This document shows, one piece after another, positions 1 through 8,623 of a stretch of DNA of 64,000 bases. A model generated the notes under the pieces. The model did not search any database, was not told the DNA's origin, and saw only the letters and a list, made by a program, of their open reading frames with translations. This DNA is from Candidatus Omnitrophota bacterium (GTDB lineage Bacteria > Omnitrophota > Gorgyraeia > Gygaellales > Profunditerraquicolaceae): contig JBFZAT010000022.1 in the NCBI GenBank assembly GCA_041308845.1, positions 2,701 through 66,700 on the forward strand, in the 5' to 3' direction. Within the stretch, counting starts at the first letter, position 1. Each line of letters begins with the position of its first letter. The position numbers and the translations under genes are program-made.

Positions 1-360
1 GTTATGGAGCTGCTTGATCCTAATGTGGTAAAAGTCGTGGTAGATAAAAATAATTTTGCTTTGTATTTTTCGCGCGCTCCCATTCCTTATCTGGCCCCCA
101 ATGCCGAAATCGACCAGGTGACTTATTATAAACATATCGGCCTTTACGGTTATACCAAGGATTTTCTTTTTACTTATAAAAATCTTCCTGTTTCTAATCT
201 GGAAAGAACGGAAAAGTTAGAACAGTTGCGGGTATTAGCAGAGGGTTTTAAAATTAAAGTTATTCAGACCCCCTTTGATACCGTAGGCGTAGACACTCCT
301 GCAGACTTGGAGAAAGTTTTGGAGAAATTAAAAAAGGGGCCTTATAATGTATCCAGTTAA
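1..360 (+). CDS. kdsB: 3-deoxy-manno-octulosonate cytidylyltransferase (CMP-KDO synthetase), C-terminal fragment; the 5' end lies outside the window
   Basis: The in-frame translation FALYFSRAPIPY...GYTKDFL...LEQLRVLAEGFKIKV matches the KdsB C-terminal region. The ORF runs to the window edge and is immediately followed by kdsA. Confidence 0.8.
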   Translation, partial: VMELLDPNVVKVVVDKNNFALYFSRAPIPYLAPNAEIDQVTYYKHIGLYGYTKDFLFTYKNLPVSNLERTEKLEQLRVLAEGFKIKVIQTPFDTVGVDTPADLEKVLEKLKKGPYNVSS

Positions 361-1159
361 AGTCGGTAATATAAAATTCGGAGAGCATTATCCTTTGGTG
401 CTTATTGCCGGGCCGTGTGCCATAGAGTCGGAAGGCGCAACTTTAGAGGTGGCGGCTAAGATTAAAAGTATCGCTTCCGGATTAGCCATTCCGTTTATTT
501 TTAAATCCAGTTTTGATAAAGCTAATCGGCTTTCTCTGGGGTCTTACCGTGGTCCGGGCTTAAAGAAAGGGCTGGAGATTTTAAAAAAAGTGAAAACTAA
601 ACTTAAGCTGCCGATCTTAAGCGACGTGCATTGCGCCAAAGATGTCCCTGCTGCTGCTCAAGTGTTGGATATTATACAGATCCCGGCATTTTTATGCCGA
701 CAGACAGATATTGTTTTGGCGGCCGCTCGCACCGGTAAAGTAGTTAATATTAAAAAAGGACAATTTCTGGCCCCTTGGGATATTTTACCGATCATTAAAA
801 AAGCCGAAAGCACCGGTAACCGTCAGATTTTGATCACCGAGCGGGGGGTAAGTTTCGGGTATAATAATTTAGTAACCGATTTACGCAGCTTGGCAATTAT
901 GCGGCAATTCGGTTATCCGGTGATTTATGATGCTACGCATAGTGTGCAGCTGCCCGGAGGGCAAGCTGGTTGTTCTGGAGGGCAAACGGAGTTTGTCGCC
1001 GGATTATCCCGGGCGGCGGTAGCTTTTGGTTGCGATGGTTTATTTTTAGAGGTGCATCCGGATCCCAAAAAAGCGCCTTGCGACGGGGCGAATATGATTA
1101 ATTTTAAAGAATTAGAGCAACTTCTTAAGCAGATAAGAAAGATTAGGCAGGTATTATGA
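347..1159 (+). CDS. kdsA: 2-dehydro-3-deoxyphosphooctonate aldolase (KDO-8-phosphate synthase)
   Basis: A 270-aa product starting MYPVKVGNIKFGEHYPLVLIAGPCAIESE and containing GPGLKKGLEIL and DATHSVQLPGG is typical of the KdsA/DAHP-synthase family. Its start overlaps the kdsB stop. Confidence 0.9.
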   Translation: MYPVKVGNIKFGEHYPLVLIAGPCAIESEGATLEVAAKIKSIASGLAIPFIFKSSFDKANRLSLGSYRGPGLKKGLEILKKVKTKLKLPILSDVHCAKDVPAAAQVLDIIQIPAFLCRQTDIVLAAARTGKVVNIKKGQFLAPWDILPIIKKAESTGNRQILITERGVSFGYNNLVTDLRSLAIMRQFGYPVIYDATHSVQLPGGQAGCSGGQTEFVAGLSRAAVAFGCDGLFLEVHPDPKKAPCDGANMINFKELEQLLKQIRKIRQVL

Positions 1160-2124
1160 AGACCGATATAATTAAAAGGGCCAAAGAAGTATTTGAAATC
1201 GAGGCGGAAGCTGTCCGGCTGCTTAAGCGGCGTTTAGGGCCGGGTTTTATTAAAGCTGTTGAATTTATGCTTAAGTGTCAGGGGAGAGTGGTAGTTAGCG
1301 GTATGGGTAAAACTGGGATCATTGCACAAAAGTTATCGGCGACCTTAGCCTCTACGGGTACTCCCAGCCTATTTCTCCATACTGCTGAAGCTATCCACGG
1401 CGATTTAGGAAAAGTTACTGCTGAGGATGTGGTGGTTATCCTTTCTAATAGTGGATCAACTGAAGAAATGAAGCAGTTTCTGCCGATACTTAAGAAAATC
1501 GGAGCTCCGATTATTTCTTTGACCGGTAATTCCCAGTCTGTTTTGGCTAAATACAGCGATGTAGTTTTAGATGTCAGCGTGAAAAAAGAAGCTTGTCCCC
1601 TAGGATTAGCTCCGACTGCTTCGACTACCGCTACTTTAGCGATGGCTGATGCTTTGGCTGTATGTCTATTGGAATGCAAAGGTTTCCGGGAGAAAGATTT
1701 TGCATTTTTCCATCCCGGCGGGGCTTTGGGGCGGCGTTTACTTCTAACTGTCCAGGATATTATGCGTCAAGGGCAGGCTAATGCTATTGTCCGGGAGGAT
1801 AAAATGGTAGCTCAGGTTCTTCTGGCGATTACCCGGGCCCGGGCCGGTTCGGCGATTGTGGTGGATAAGTGCGGAAAGCTTAAAGGAATTTTTACTGACG
1901 GTGATTTGCGCCGGCATCTGGCTAGTGACAGTAATCTTCCCGGCCGTTTAATTAAAGAGGTAATGACTAAGAACCCTACAGTAGTGAATAAAGATATGCT
2001 GGCCGCTGAAGCGATGCGGATTTTGCAGGCTAAAAAGATTGATGAAGTTCCGGTGGTGGATAGCGGTATGCACCCGGTAGGCTTGCTGGATGTGCAGGAT
2101 TTACTGAAGGCTGGATTAATTTAA
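1156..2124 (+). CDS. kdsD: arabinose-5-phosphate isomerase (SIS domain plus CBS pair)
   Basis: The SIS motif GMGKTGIIAQKLSATLASTGTPS is followed by a C-terminal CBS pair. The product is 322 aa and the gene sits between kdsA and kdsC. Confidence 0.85.
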   Translation: MKTDIIKRAKEVFEIEAEAVRLLKRRLGPGFIKAVEFMLKCQGRVVVSGMGKTGIIAQKLSATLASTGTPSLFLHTAEAIHGDLGKVTAEDVVVILSNSGSTEEMKQFLPILKKIGAPIISLTGNSQSVLAKYSDVVLDVSVKKEACPLGLAPTASTTATLAMADALAVCLLECKGFREKDFAFFHPGGALGRRLLLTVQDIMRQGQANAIVREDKMVAQVLLAITRARAGSAIVVDKCGKLKGIFTDGDLRRHLASDSNLPGRLIKEVMTKNPTVVNKDMLAAEAMRILQAKKIDEVPVVDSGMHPVGLLDVQDLLKAGLI

Positions 2125-2134
2125 GATATAATTT

Positions 2135-2671
2135 ATGAACATGGCTAAAAAAAAATTAACTGCCCGTTTTAAGAAGATTAAGCTTTTACTTTTAGATGCA
2201 GACGGCGTTTTGACCGACGGTAGAATAATTTATGATTGCCTAGGAAGGGATTCAAAGTTTTTCGATGTGCATGACGGGCTAGGTGTGTATGTTTTGCATA
2301 AGTTCGGGATTCCAACCATTATTGTAACTGCTAAGCATTCTGGGAGCATCGGACCGCGCTCTAAAGATATGCGGGTAGCTGAAGTATTTACCGATATCTT
2401 TCCCAAAACCGCGGTTTTAGCTAAAATTCTTAAAAAGTATAAAGTTGCCCTGGAGCAAGTGTGTTTTGTGGGAGACGATTTAGTGGATTTATCACTCATG
2501 CGTAAAATCGGCCTGCCGATAGCTCCGGCTAATGCCTGCGCAGAAATTAAAAAAGCAGCTGTTTATGTCACTAAATCTGCAGGCGGCCGGGGGGCAGTCC
2601 GGGAGGTGGCCGAGCTGATTCTTAAGTCGCAAGATAAGTGGAAAGATGTTTTAAAGTTTTATGGAGCATGA
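2135..2671 (+). CDS. kdsC: KDO-8-phosphate phosphatase (HAD family)
   Basis: HAD motif I LLLLDADGVLTDGRIIY and GDDLVDL are present. The product is 178 aa in the conserved position after kdsD. Confidence 0.8.
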   Translation: MNMAKKKLTARFKKIKLLLLDADGVLTDGRIIYDCLGRDSKFFDVHDGLGVYVLHKFGIPTIIVTAKHSGSIGPRSKDMRVAEVFTDIFPKTAVLAKILKKYKVALEQVCFVGDDLVDLSLMRKIGLPIAPANACAEIKKAAVYVTKSAGGRGAVREVAELILKSQDKWKDVLKFYGA

Positions 2672-3563
2672 AAAAATAATTTTAATTTTAGTTTTCTTAT
2701 TTACTTTCCGTCTAGATCTATGCGCAGTTGAAGTTAAATCTCCGGCTCCGCTGGAGGTTGTGCAGGAGTCCGATCAGCAGATTGGAGACTTTTCACTTTC
2801 CGGATACGGGGACAAGGGCAAGAAAGCTTGGGATTTATCCGGAAAATCCGCGGATATTTTCAGCCAGGTGGTTAAGTTAAAAGAAGTAGTAGGTAATAAT
2901 TACGCCCAAAACGATACGATAAATTTGACCGCCGATAAGGGGGATTTTAATAAGGATAGCGGTTTGGTGCACTTAGAAGATAATGTCGTGATTACCACTG
3001 CTAGCGGTACTAAGCTTACGACCGATACTCTGGATTGGGACCGCAAACAGCAAATTGTAAGCACCTTGGATAAAATTAACCTTAGCCGCCAGGATATAAA
3101 TCTTTCTGGCCAAGGCGCCCAGGGCCAGACTGCATTAAAGCAGATCGTGTTGGATAAGAACGTACGCCTGGATATGCAGGCGCAAGATAAGCAGTTGGAT
3201 ACCAAAGAGAAAATTGTAATTACTTGTGATGGTCCGCTGGATGTAGACTATGAAAAAAATATTGCCATATTCAATAATAATGTTAAAGTAGAAAAGTCAG
3301 ATTTAACAATCCATAGCGATAAAATGCAGGTGTATTTTACCTCTCAGCAGCAGGAGAGTGCCCAAGCGCAGGGGCCGGCAGCTATTTCTAGTTCAATCAG
3401 TAAAATTGTCGCTTTGGGTAATGTTCGGATAATCCGCGGTGAAAATATTTCTTATAGTCAGCAAGCCGTTTATACTTCTGTAGATAAAAAGATATCTTTA
3501 ACCGGTAGGCCACAAATAATCATTTATCAAGCGGAGAATATCGATGCAGCTATTGGAAACTAA
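2661..3563 (+). CDS. OstA-like periplasmic LPS-transport protein (LptC/LptA family, possibly a fused or single bridge component)
   Basis: An N-terminal hydrophobic anchor is followed by beta-jellyroll-like repeats ([25 protein letters not shown] ... [25 protein letters not shown]). It occupies the lptC-lptA slot between kdsC and lptB. Confidence 0.5.
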   Translation: MEHEKIILILVFLFTFRLDLCAVEVKSPAPLEVVQESDQQIGDFSLSGYGDKGKKAWDLSGKSADIFSQVVKLKEVVGNNYAQNDTINLTADKGDFNKDSGLVHLEDNVVITTASGTKLTTDTLDWDRKQQIVSTLDKINLSRQDINLSGQGAQGQTALKQIVLDKNVRLDMQAQDKQLDTKEKIVITCDGPLDVDYEKNIAIFNNNVKVEKSDLTIHSDKMQVYFTSQQQESAQAQGPAAISSSISKIVALGNVRIIRGENISYSQQAVYTSVDKKISLTGRPQIIIYQAENIDAAIGN

Positions 3564-4266
3564 AGGCTTAGCTAAATCTTATGACGGCCGCCAGGTAGTA
3601 AAAGGCGTGGATATTACGGTCAAGCGCGGAGAGATTGTGGGGTTATTGGGTCCTAACGGCGCCGGTAAAACTACGACCTTTTATATGATTGTAGGTATCG
3701 TGCCTCCAAATAAAGGTACGATAGTATTCGATAACCACGAAATTACCAATATGGCGATTCATGAGCGCGCCCGTTTTGGTATCGGATACCTATCTCAAGA
3801 AGCTTCAATCTTCCGTAAGTTGACAGTGGAAGAAAATATTAAGGCTATTTTAGAAACTTTATCCTTGAATCGTGTGGAAAGAAAGCGCCGGCTGGCCTCT
3901 TTATTAGAAGAGTTGAATATTGCGCATTTAGCTAAAAATAAAGCCTATACTTTAAGCGGTGGGGAGAGAAGGCGCCTGGAGATAACCCGGGCTTTAGTGA
4001 CTAATCCTTCTTTTATCCTGTTGGATGAGCCTTTTAGCGGGATTGACCCGATTGTAGTTAATGAGGCACAAGAAATTATCAAAGAATTAAAAGCTAAAGG
4101 ACTAGGTATTTTATTGACTGACCATAATGTGCGTGAAACCCTGGCGATTACCGACCGGGCTTATTTAATTTCGGAGGGGGTAATCCTTATCTCCGGGACA
4201 GCTGCGGATTTAATTAACCATCCCCAGGCACGCCAGGTTTATTTGGGTGAAAAGTTTAGAATGTGA
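3544..4266 (+). CDS. lptB: LPS export ABC transporter ATP-binding protein
   Basis: It has Walker [12 protein letters not shown], the ABC signature [11 protein letters not shown] and Walker B ILLDEP. The product is 240 aa and the gene follows the lptC/A-like ORF. Confidence 0.85.
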   Translation: MQLLETKGLAKSYDGRQVVKGVDITVKRGEIVGLLGPNGAGKTTTFYMIVGIVPPNKGTIVFDNHEITNMAIHERARFGIGYLSQEASIFRKLTVEENIKAILETLSLNRVERKRRLASLLEELNIAHLAKNKAYTLSGGERRRLEITRALVTNPSFILLDEPFSGIDPIVVNEAQEIIKELKAKGLGILLTDHNVRETLAITDRAYLISEGVILISGTAADLINHPQARQVYLGEKFRM

Positions 4267-4323
4267 TTTGGTGGTTATTTTGTCTGGTGCAACTATTGAA
4301 GAGTTAATCTAGAAAGGGAGCAG

Positions 4324-5202
4324 ATGAAAACTGAAGTTAAGAAATTGGATAATAGTAAATATGAAATTAATGTAGCGGTAAGTGGAGAACTGGTTAAAAA
4401 TAAATTTGAAGAAATTTTTACACAAATTGCCAAAGCCGCTAAGGTCCCCGGGTTCCGTCCGGGTAAGGCCCCCAGAGATGTTTTAGAGAAACATTACGCT
4501 TCTAGCGTACATGAGCAGGTTTTAAAAGAATTGGTCCCGGATGTTTATAACCAGGCGATTGCCGCGGAAAAACTAGAGGTTATCGAATTGCCGCAGATTA
4601 CCGAGGTGAAGCTGGACCGGAGCAATCTTTCTTTTAAGGCGACTGTGGAAGTTACGCCGGAAATTGCGGTTAAGAACTATAAGCATCAGCTAATCAAGTA
4701 CCGGTTAGTTACGGTTTCTGCGGATGAAATTAAGAGGCAGATTGATTCGGTTAAGGAGTCGCGTCAAGCTGAGAACTTAGATGATAGATTTAGCCGTTCT
4801 TTAGGCTATCCTAATCTCGCCGAGCTGGAAAAGGCCGTCGAAAGGCAAATTTTTATTACCAAAGAAAATCAAGAACGCCAACGCATCGAGAATGAGTTAA
4901 TTGAAAATATTACTCAGGGGCTGGAGTTTAGGCTTCCTGGCGGATTATTAGAACGCCAGACTCAGGATATGTTAAGGCAAAGTAAGATTGACCTGGCGAT
5001 GAAAGGTATTCCTCGGGATAAAATTGAAGAGCAGGAAAAAATGCTTTTAGAAGGCATCCAGCCGGAAGCTAGAAAACAAGTTAAAATATATTTAGTTTTA
5101 TCGCAAATCGCCAAAAAAGAAAATATTCCCATTGATGATCATATGCCGCGCAAAGTCATGGAGTTTTTGCTAAGAGTAGCCGATTGGCAGCCAGTTTCTT
5201 AA
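4324..5202 (+). CDS. tig: trigger factor-like chaperone, short form (N-terminal ribosome-binding domain plus C-terminal arm domain, with no FKBP/PPIase domain)
   Basis: The GFRPGKAP ribosome-binding signature sits near residue 43. The product is only 292 aa against about 430 for canonical TF. The gene lies directly upstream of clpP, as in tig-clpP-clpX loci. Confidence 0.6.
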   Translation: MKTEVKKLDNSKYEINVAVSGELVKNKFEEIFTQIAKAAKVPGFRPGKAPRDVLEKHYASSVHEQVLKELVPDVYNQAIAAEKLEVIELPQITEVKLDRSNLSFKATVEVTPEIAVKNYKHQLIKYRLVTVSADEIKRQIDSVKESRQAENLDDRFSRSLGYPNLAELEKAVERQIFITKENQERQRIENELIENITQGLEFRLPGGLLERQTQDMLRQSKIDLAMKGIPRDKIEEQEKMLLEGIQPEARKQVKIYLVLSQIAKKENIPIDDHMPRKVMEFLLRVADWQPVS

Positions 5203-5219
5203 ATCAGGGAGGAAAGAAT

Positions 5220-5834
5220 ATGGAGAAAAAAATGCAAGTGTTAGTTCCGATGGTAATCGAGCAGACCACCCGCGGTTTTGAGCGAGCCTACGATATTTAT
5301 TCGCGTCTGCTCAAAGACCGGATTTTATTTATTGGCACTCCGATCGATGATTATGTGGCAAATTTAGTGATTGCCCAGCTACTTTTTTTACAGATGGAAG
5401 ATAAAGATAAAGATATCAATGTTTATATTAATTCGCCCGGAGGTTCAGTCACCGCTGGCCTGGCGATATATGATACGATGCAATTTATAAAATGCGATGT
5501 TGCTACCTATTGCGTGGGGCAGGCGGCCAGTATGGGGGCAGTTCTATTATCTGCAGGAGCTAAAGGAAAACGTTTTGTACTTCCTAACTCTCGGGTGATG
5601 ATTCATCAGCCTTGGGGTGGAGTACAGGGGGCAGCCGCCGATATTTCTATTCAGGCTAAGGAAATTTTGAAAGCCCGCGATCGGATCAATGAAATTTTAG
5701 CCCAGCATACTAACCAGCCGCTGGAGAGGATCGAAAAAGATACAGACCGGGATTATTTTATGTCTGCTCAAGAAGCCAGGAGTTATGGCTTGGTAGATGA
5801 AGTGATCTTACCTGAAACTACTAAAAAAAGCTGA
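5220..5834 (+). CDS. clpP: ATP-dependent Clp protease proteolytic subunit
   Basis: [26 protein letters not shown], the catalytic Ser context GQAASMGA and the His context MIHQP are present. The ATG at 5220 is preceded by a GGGAGGAAAG ribosome-binding site. The ORF-track start at 5184 is an upstream TTG. Confidence 0.9.
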   Translation: MEKKMQVLVPMVIEQTTRGFERAYDIYSRLLKDRILFIGTPIDDYVANLVIAQLLFLQMEDKDKDINVYINSPGGSVTAGLAIYDTMQFIKCDVATYCVGQAASMGAVLLSAGAKGKRFVLPNSRVMIHQPWGGVQGAAADISIQAKEILKARDRINEILAQHTNQPLERIEKDTDRDYFMSAQEARSYGLVDEVILPETTKKS

Positions 5835-5885
5835 ATTAATCTTGGGTTAATTTAAATAAAACAGTAAAATAAGGAGATAGTTAAA

Positions 5886-7022
5886 ATGAAAAAGGATTAT
5901 TTATTGACACCTGGTCCGACTCCGCTCCCACCGCCGGTAAGTTTAGCCATGGCTAAACCGATTATTCATCATCGTACTCCGCAGTTCCAGGAGATTTTGA
6001 AAGAGGCAAGCCAAGGTTTGAAATGGGCTTTCCAGACGGCCAATGATGTTTTTATTATTTCATCTTCAGGTACCGGGGCGATGGAGGCAGCGGTAGTTAA
6101 CTTGCTTTCCTGCGGAGATACTGCTTTGGTGGTTCAAGGCGGTAAGTTTGGGGAAAGATGGACAGAGATTGCTCGAGCTTACGGTATTAACGTTGAAGTT
6201 TTAGATGTGGAATGGGGTAAAGCTGTCAACCCGGCAGAGATCAGCGCCAGATTAAAAGCTAATCCGCAGATTAAAGCGGTGTTTGCTACTTTGTGCGAAA
6301 CTTCTACTGGAGTGGATAATGATATTCAAGCTATCGCCGCGACAGTTAAAGAAACTCCGGCGGTTTTAGTGGTAGATGCAATTAGCGGCTTGGGAGCAGT
6401 AGATTTAAAAACCGATGCCTGGGGAGTGGACGTAGTAGTTTCCGGATCTCAGAAAGGTTTTATGTTGCCTCCGGGTTTAGGGTTTATCAGCTTGGGAGCG
6501 CGGGCTTGGAAATTAGTGGAGAGTGCAAAAAGCAGCCGGTATTATTTGGATTTAAGGAAGGCTAAGAAAGCTCTGGATAAAAATGATACACCATTTACAT
6601 CTTCTATTACCCTGATTATTGCTTTAAATGAAGCTTTAAAGATTATGCAGCAGGATGGCTTAGAAAACATATTTAAACGCCACCGGGTAATGGCTGATGC
6701 TACCCGGGCTGCGCTTTTAGCTTTGGGATTGGAATTATTTGCTCCGACTGCCGCTTCGAATGGAGTGACGGCGGCTAAAGTGCCTGCGGGTATTGATGGG
6801 GAGAAATTAGTAAAAACCATGCGTGATACCTACGGGGTGACGATTGCCGGTGGGCAAGCCGAATTAAAGGGGAAAGTTATCCGTATTGCGCATATGGGAT
6901 TCATTACCGAATCTGATATCATTATGGGGTTGAGCTGTTTGGAAAAAGTGCTTACTCAAATGGGGTATAAATTTAATCTCGGCGCGGGAGTTAAAGCGGC
7001 TGAAGAAATATTTCTAAAATAG
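5886..7022 (+). CDS. class V aminotransferase (probably phosphoserine aminotransferase of the archaeal/class V type, or a serine-pyruvate aminotransferase)
   Basis: The PLP fold-type I class V features SGSQKGFMLPPGLG (Lys-containing block) and a ~378-aa length are present. The gene lies immediately upstream of serA. Confidence 0.55.
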   Translation: MKKDYLLTPGPTPLPPPVSLAMAKPIIHHRTPQFQEILKEASQGLKWAFQTANDVFIISSSGTGAMEAAVVNLLSCGDTALVVQGGKFGERWTEIARAYGINVEVLDVEWGKAVNPAEISARLKANPQIKAVFATLCETSTGVDNDIQAIAATVKETPAVLVVDAISGLGAVDLKTDAWGVDVVVSGSQKGFMLPPGLGFISLGARAWKLVESAKSSRYYLDLRKAKKALDKNDTPFTSSITLIIALNEALKIMQQDGLENIFKRHRVMADATRAALLALGLELFAPTAASNGVTAAKVPAGIDGEKLVKTMRDTYGVTIAGGQAELKGKVIRIAHMGFITESDIIMGLSCLEKVLTQMGYKFNLGAGVKAAEEIFLK

Positions 7023-7036
7023 GGAGCTAGAATACA

Positions 7037-8623
7037 ATGATTAAGATTCTTGTCAGCGATGCATTAAGCCAAGAAGGCCTTAAGGTCTTCAGCGATTCTC
7101 CGGAATTTACAGTAGATGTAAAAACAGATTTAAAGCCGGAGGCTTTAAAAGAAATTATCAAAGATTATGACGCACTAGTTGTGCGTAGCGCAACTAAAGT
7201 AACCAAAGAAATAATCCAGGCCGCCGCTAAGCTTAGGGTGATCGGCCGGGCCGGAGTCGGATTGGATAATGTAGATCTAGAAGCGGCGACCCAAAAAGGA
7301 ATTATTGTGATGAATACTCCGGCGGGTAATACCATCTCTACCGCTGAGCACACTGTGAGCATGATCTTGACTTTATCCAGAAATATCGCTCAAGCTAATG
7401 CCTCGATGAAAAAGGGAGAGTGGAAGCGCTCCAAATTTATGGGGGTAGAATTATATAATAAGGTCCTGGGAATCGTGGGGTTCGGCCGGATCGGATCAGA
7501 AGTGGCCAAGCGCGCGCTGTCTTTCGGAATGAAAGTTTTAGCTTACGATCCTTTTTTATCGGCTCAGGTTGCTGAAAGTATCGGGGTGCAAATCGCGGAA
7601 TTAAAAAAAGTGTTGCAAGAATCCGATTATATTACCGTGCATACTCCGTTAACTGAAGAAACCAGGCATATGATTTCGGATCAAGAATTTGCGTTGATGA
7701 AGAAAAACGTACGTATCGTAAATTGTGCTCGCGGCGGGATTATTGATGAGCCGGCTTTAGTCAAGGCGGTTAAAGAAGGCAAAGTGGCCGGGGCAGCGAT
7801 GGATGTTTTTGAAAGTGAACCGTTATCTGCCGATAATGAACTTTTAAAACTGGAAAACATCATTACTACTCCGCACCTAGGCGCTTCTACTGAAGAAGCC
7901 CAGATTAATGTCGCTATTGAAGTCGCCGAGATTGTCCGCGATGCGCTCCTGGGCCGGGGCATTCGTAATGCCGCTAATTATCCCTGTTTGGAAGCAGAAG
8001 TTTGCAAAATTCTTAATCCTTATATTAATCTGGGTGAAAAGTTAGGGATGTTTGCCGCCCAGTTGGTCGAAGGAAGATTCCAAGAATTAGTGATAAATTA
8101 TAGCGGGCAGATTACTAAATATGATTTAAGCCCGGTGACGATGGCTTTAGTCAAAGGAGTGCTTACTCCGATTTTGAAGGAAACCGTTAATTTTGTCAAC
8201 GGCGTATCCCTGCTGAAAGAAAGAGGAATTAATCTGCGGGAGTCAAAATCCGCTCAAGAGGGAGAATTTGTTAATTTAATCCAGTTAGAGATCAAGACTG
8301 ATAAAGAAAATAAATCAGTTTGCGGAACTTTGTCTAGTAATAAACAGCCCCGCATCGTAAAGATTGATGATTACTATTTAGAGCTTTATCCTATCGGTGA
8401 AATGGTTTTTATCCGGAATTGGGATAAGCCGGGTTTAATTGGCAGCCTGGGCACATTTATGGGCAAAAATGGTATTAATATCGCAGCGATGACTTTTGGC
8501 CGCGATAAGCCGAATGGCAAGGCGATCAGCGTATTGAATGTAGATAGCCCGGTTAGCCTGGATATCCAGGAAAAGATAAAAGGACTGGAGAATATTCTGA
8601 CCGTAAAGATAATCAGGACGTGA
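7037..8623 (+). CDS. serA: D-3-phosphoglycerate dehydrogenase (with C-terminal ACT domain)
   Basis: The NAD-binding motif GIVGFGRIGSEVAKRA and the 2-hydroxyacid dehydrogenase catalytic region are present. A 528-aa product with ASB/ACT C-terminal domains fits the long SerA type. Confidence 0.85.
   Translation: MIKILVSDALSQEGLKVFSDSPEFTVDVKTDLKPEALKEIIKDYDALVVRSATKVTKEIIQAAAKLRVIGRAGVGLDNVDLEAATQKGIIVMNTPAGNTISTAEHTVSMILTLSRNIAQANASMKKGEWKRSKFMGVELYNKVLGIVGFGRIGSEVAKRALSFGMKVLAYDPFLSAQVAESIGVQIAELKKVLQESDYITVHTPLTEETRHMISDQEFALMKKNVRIVNCARGGIIDEPALVKAVKEGKVAGAAMDVFESEPLSADNELLKLENIITTPHLGASTEEAQINVAIEVAEIVRDALLGRGIRNAANYPCLEAEVCKILNPYINLGEKLGMFAAQLVEGRFQELVINYSGQITKYDLSPVTMALVKGVLTPILKETVNFVNGVSLLKERGINLRESKSAQEGEFVNLIQLEIKTDKENKSVCGTLSSNKQPRIVKIDDYYLELYPIGEMVFIRNWDKPGLIGSLGTFMGKNGINIAAMTFGRDKPNGKAISVLNVDSPVSLDIQEKIKGLENILTVKIIRT

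Noticed and set aside
5184-5219. Longer clpP start (ORF track [12 protein letters not shown]...)
   Set aside because: It begins at a TTG with no ribosome-binding site. The ATG at 5220 has a GGGAGG Shine-Dalgarno site and gives the canonical ClpP N-terminus.
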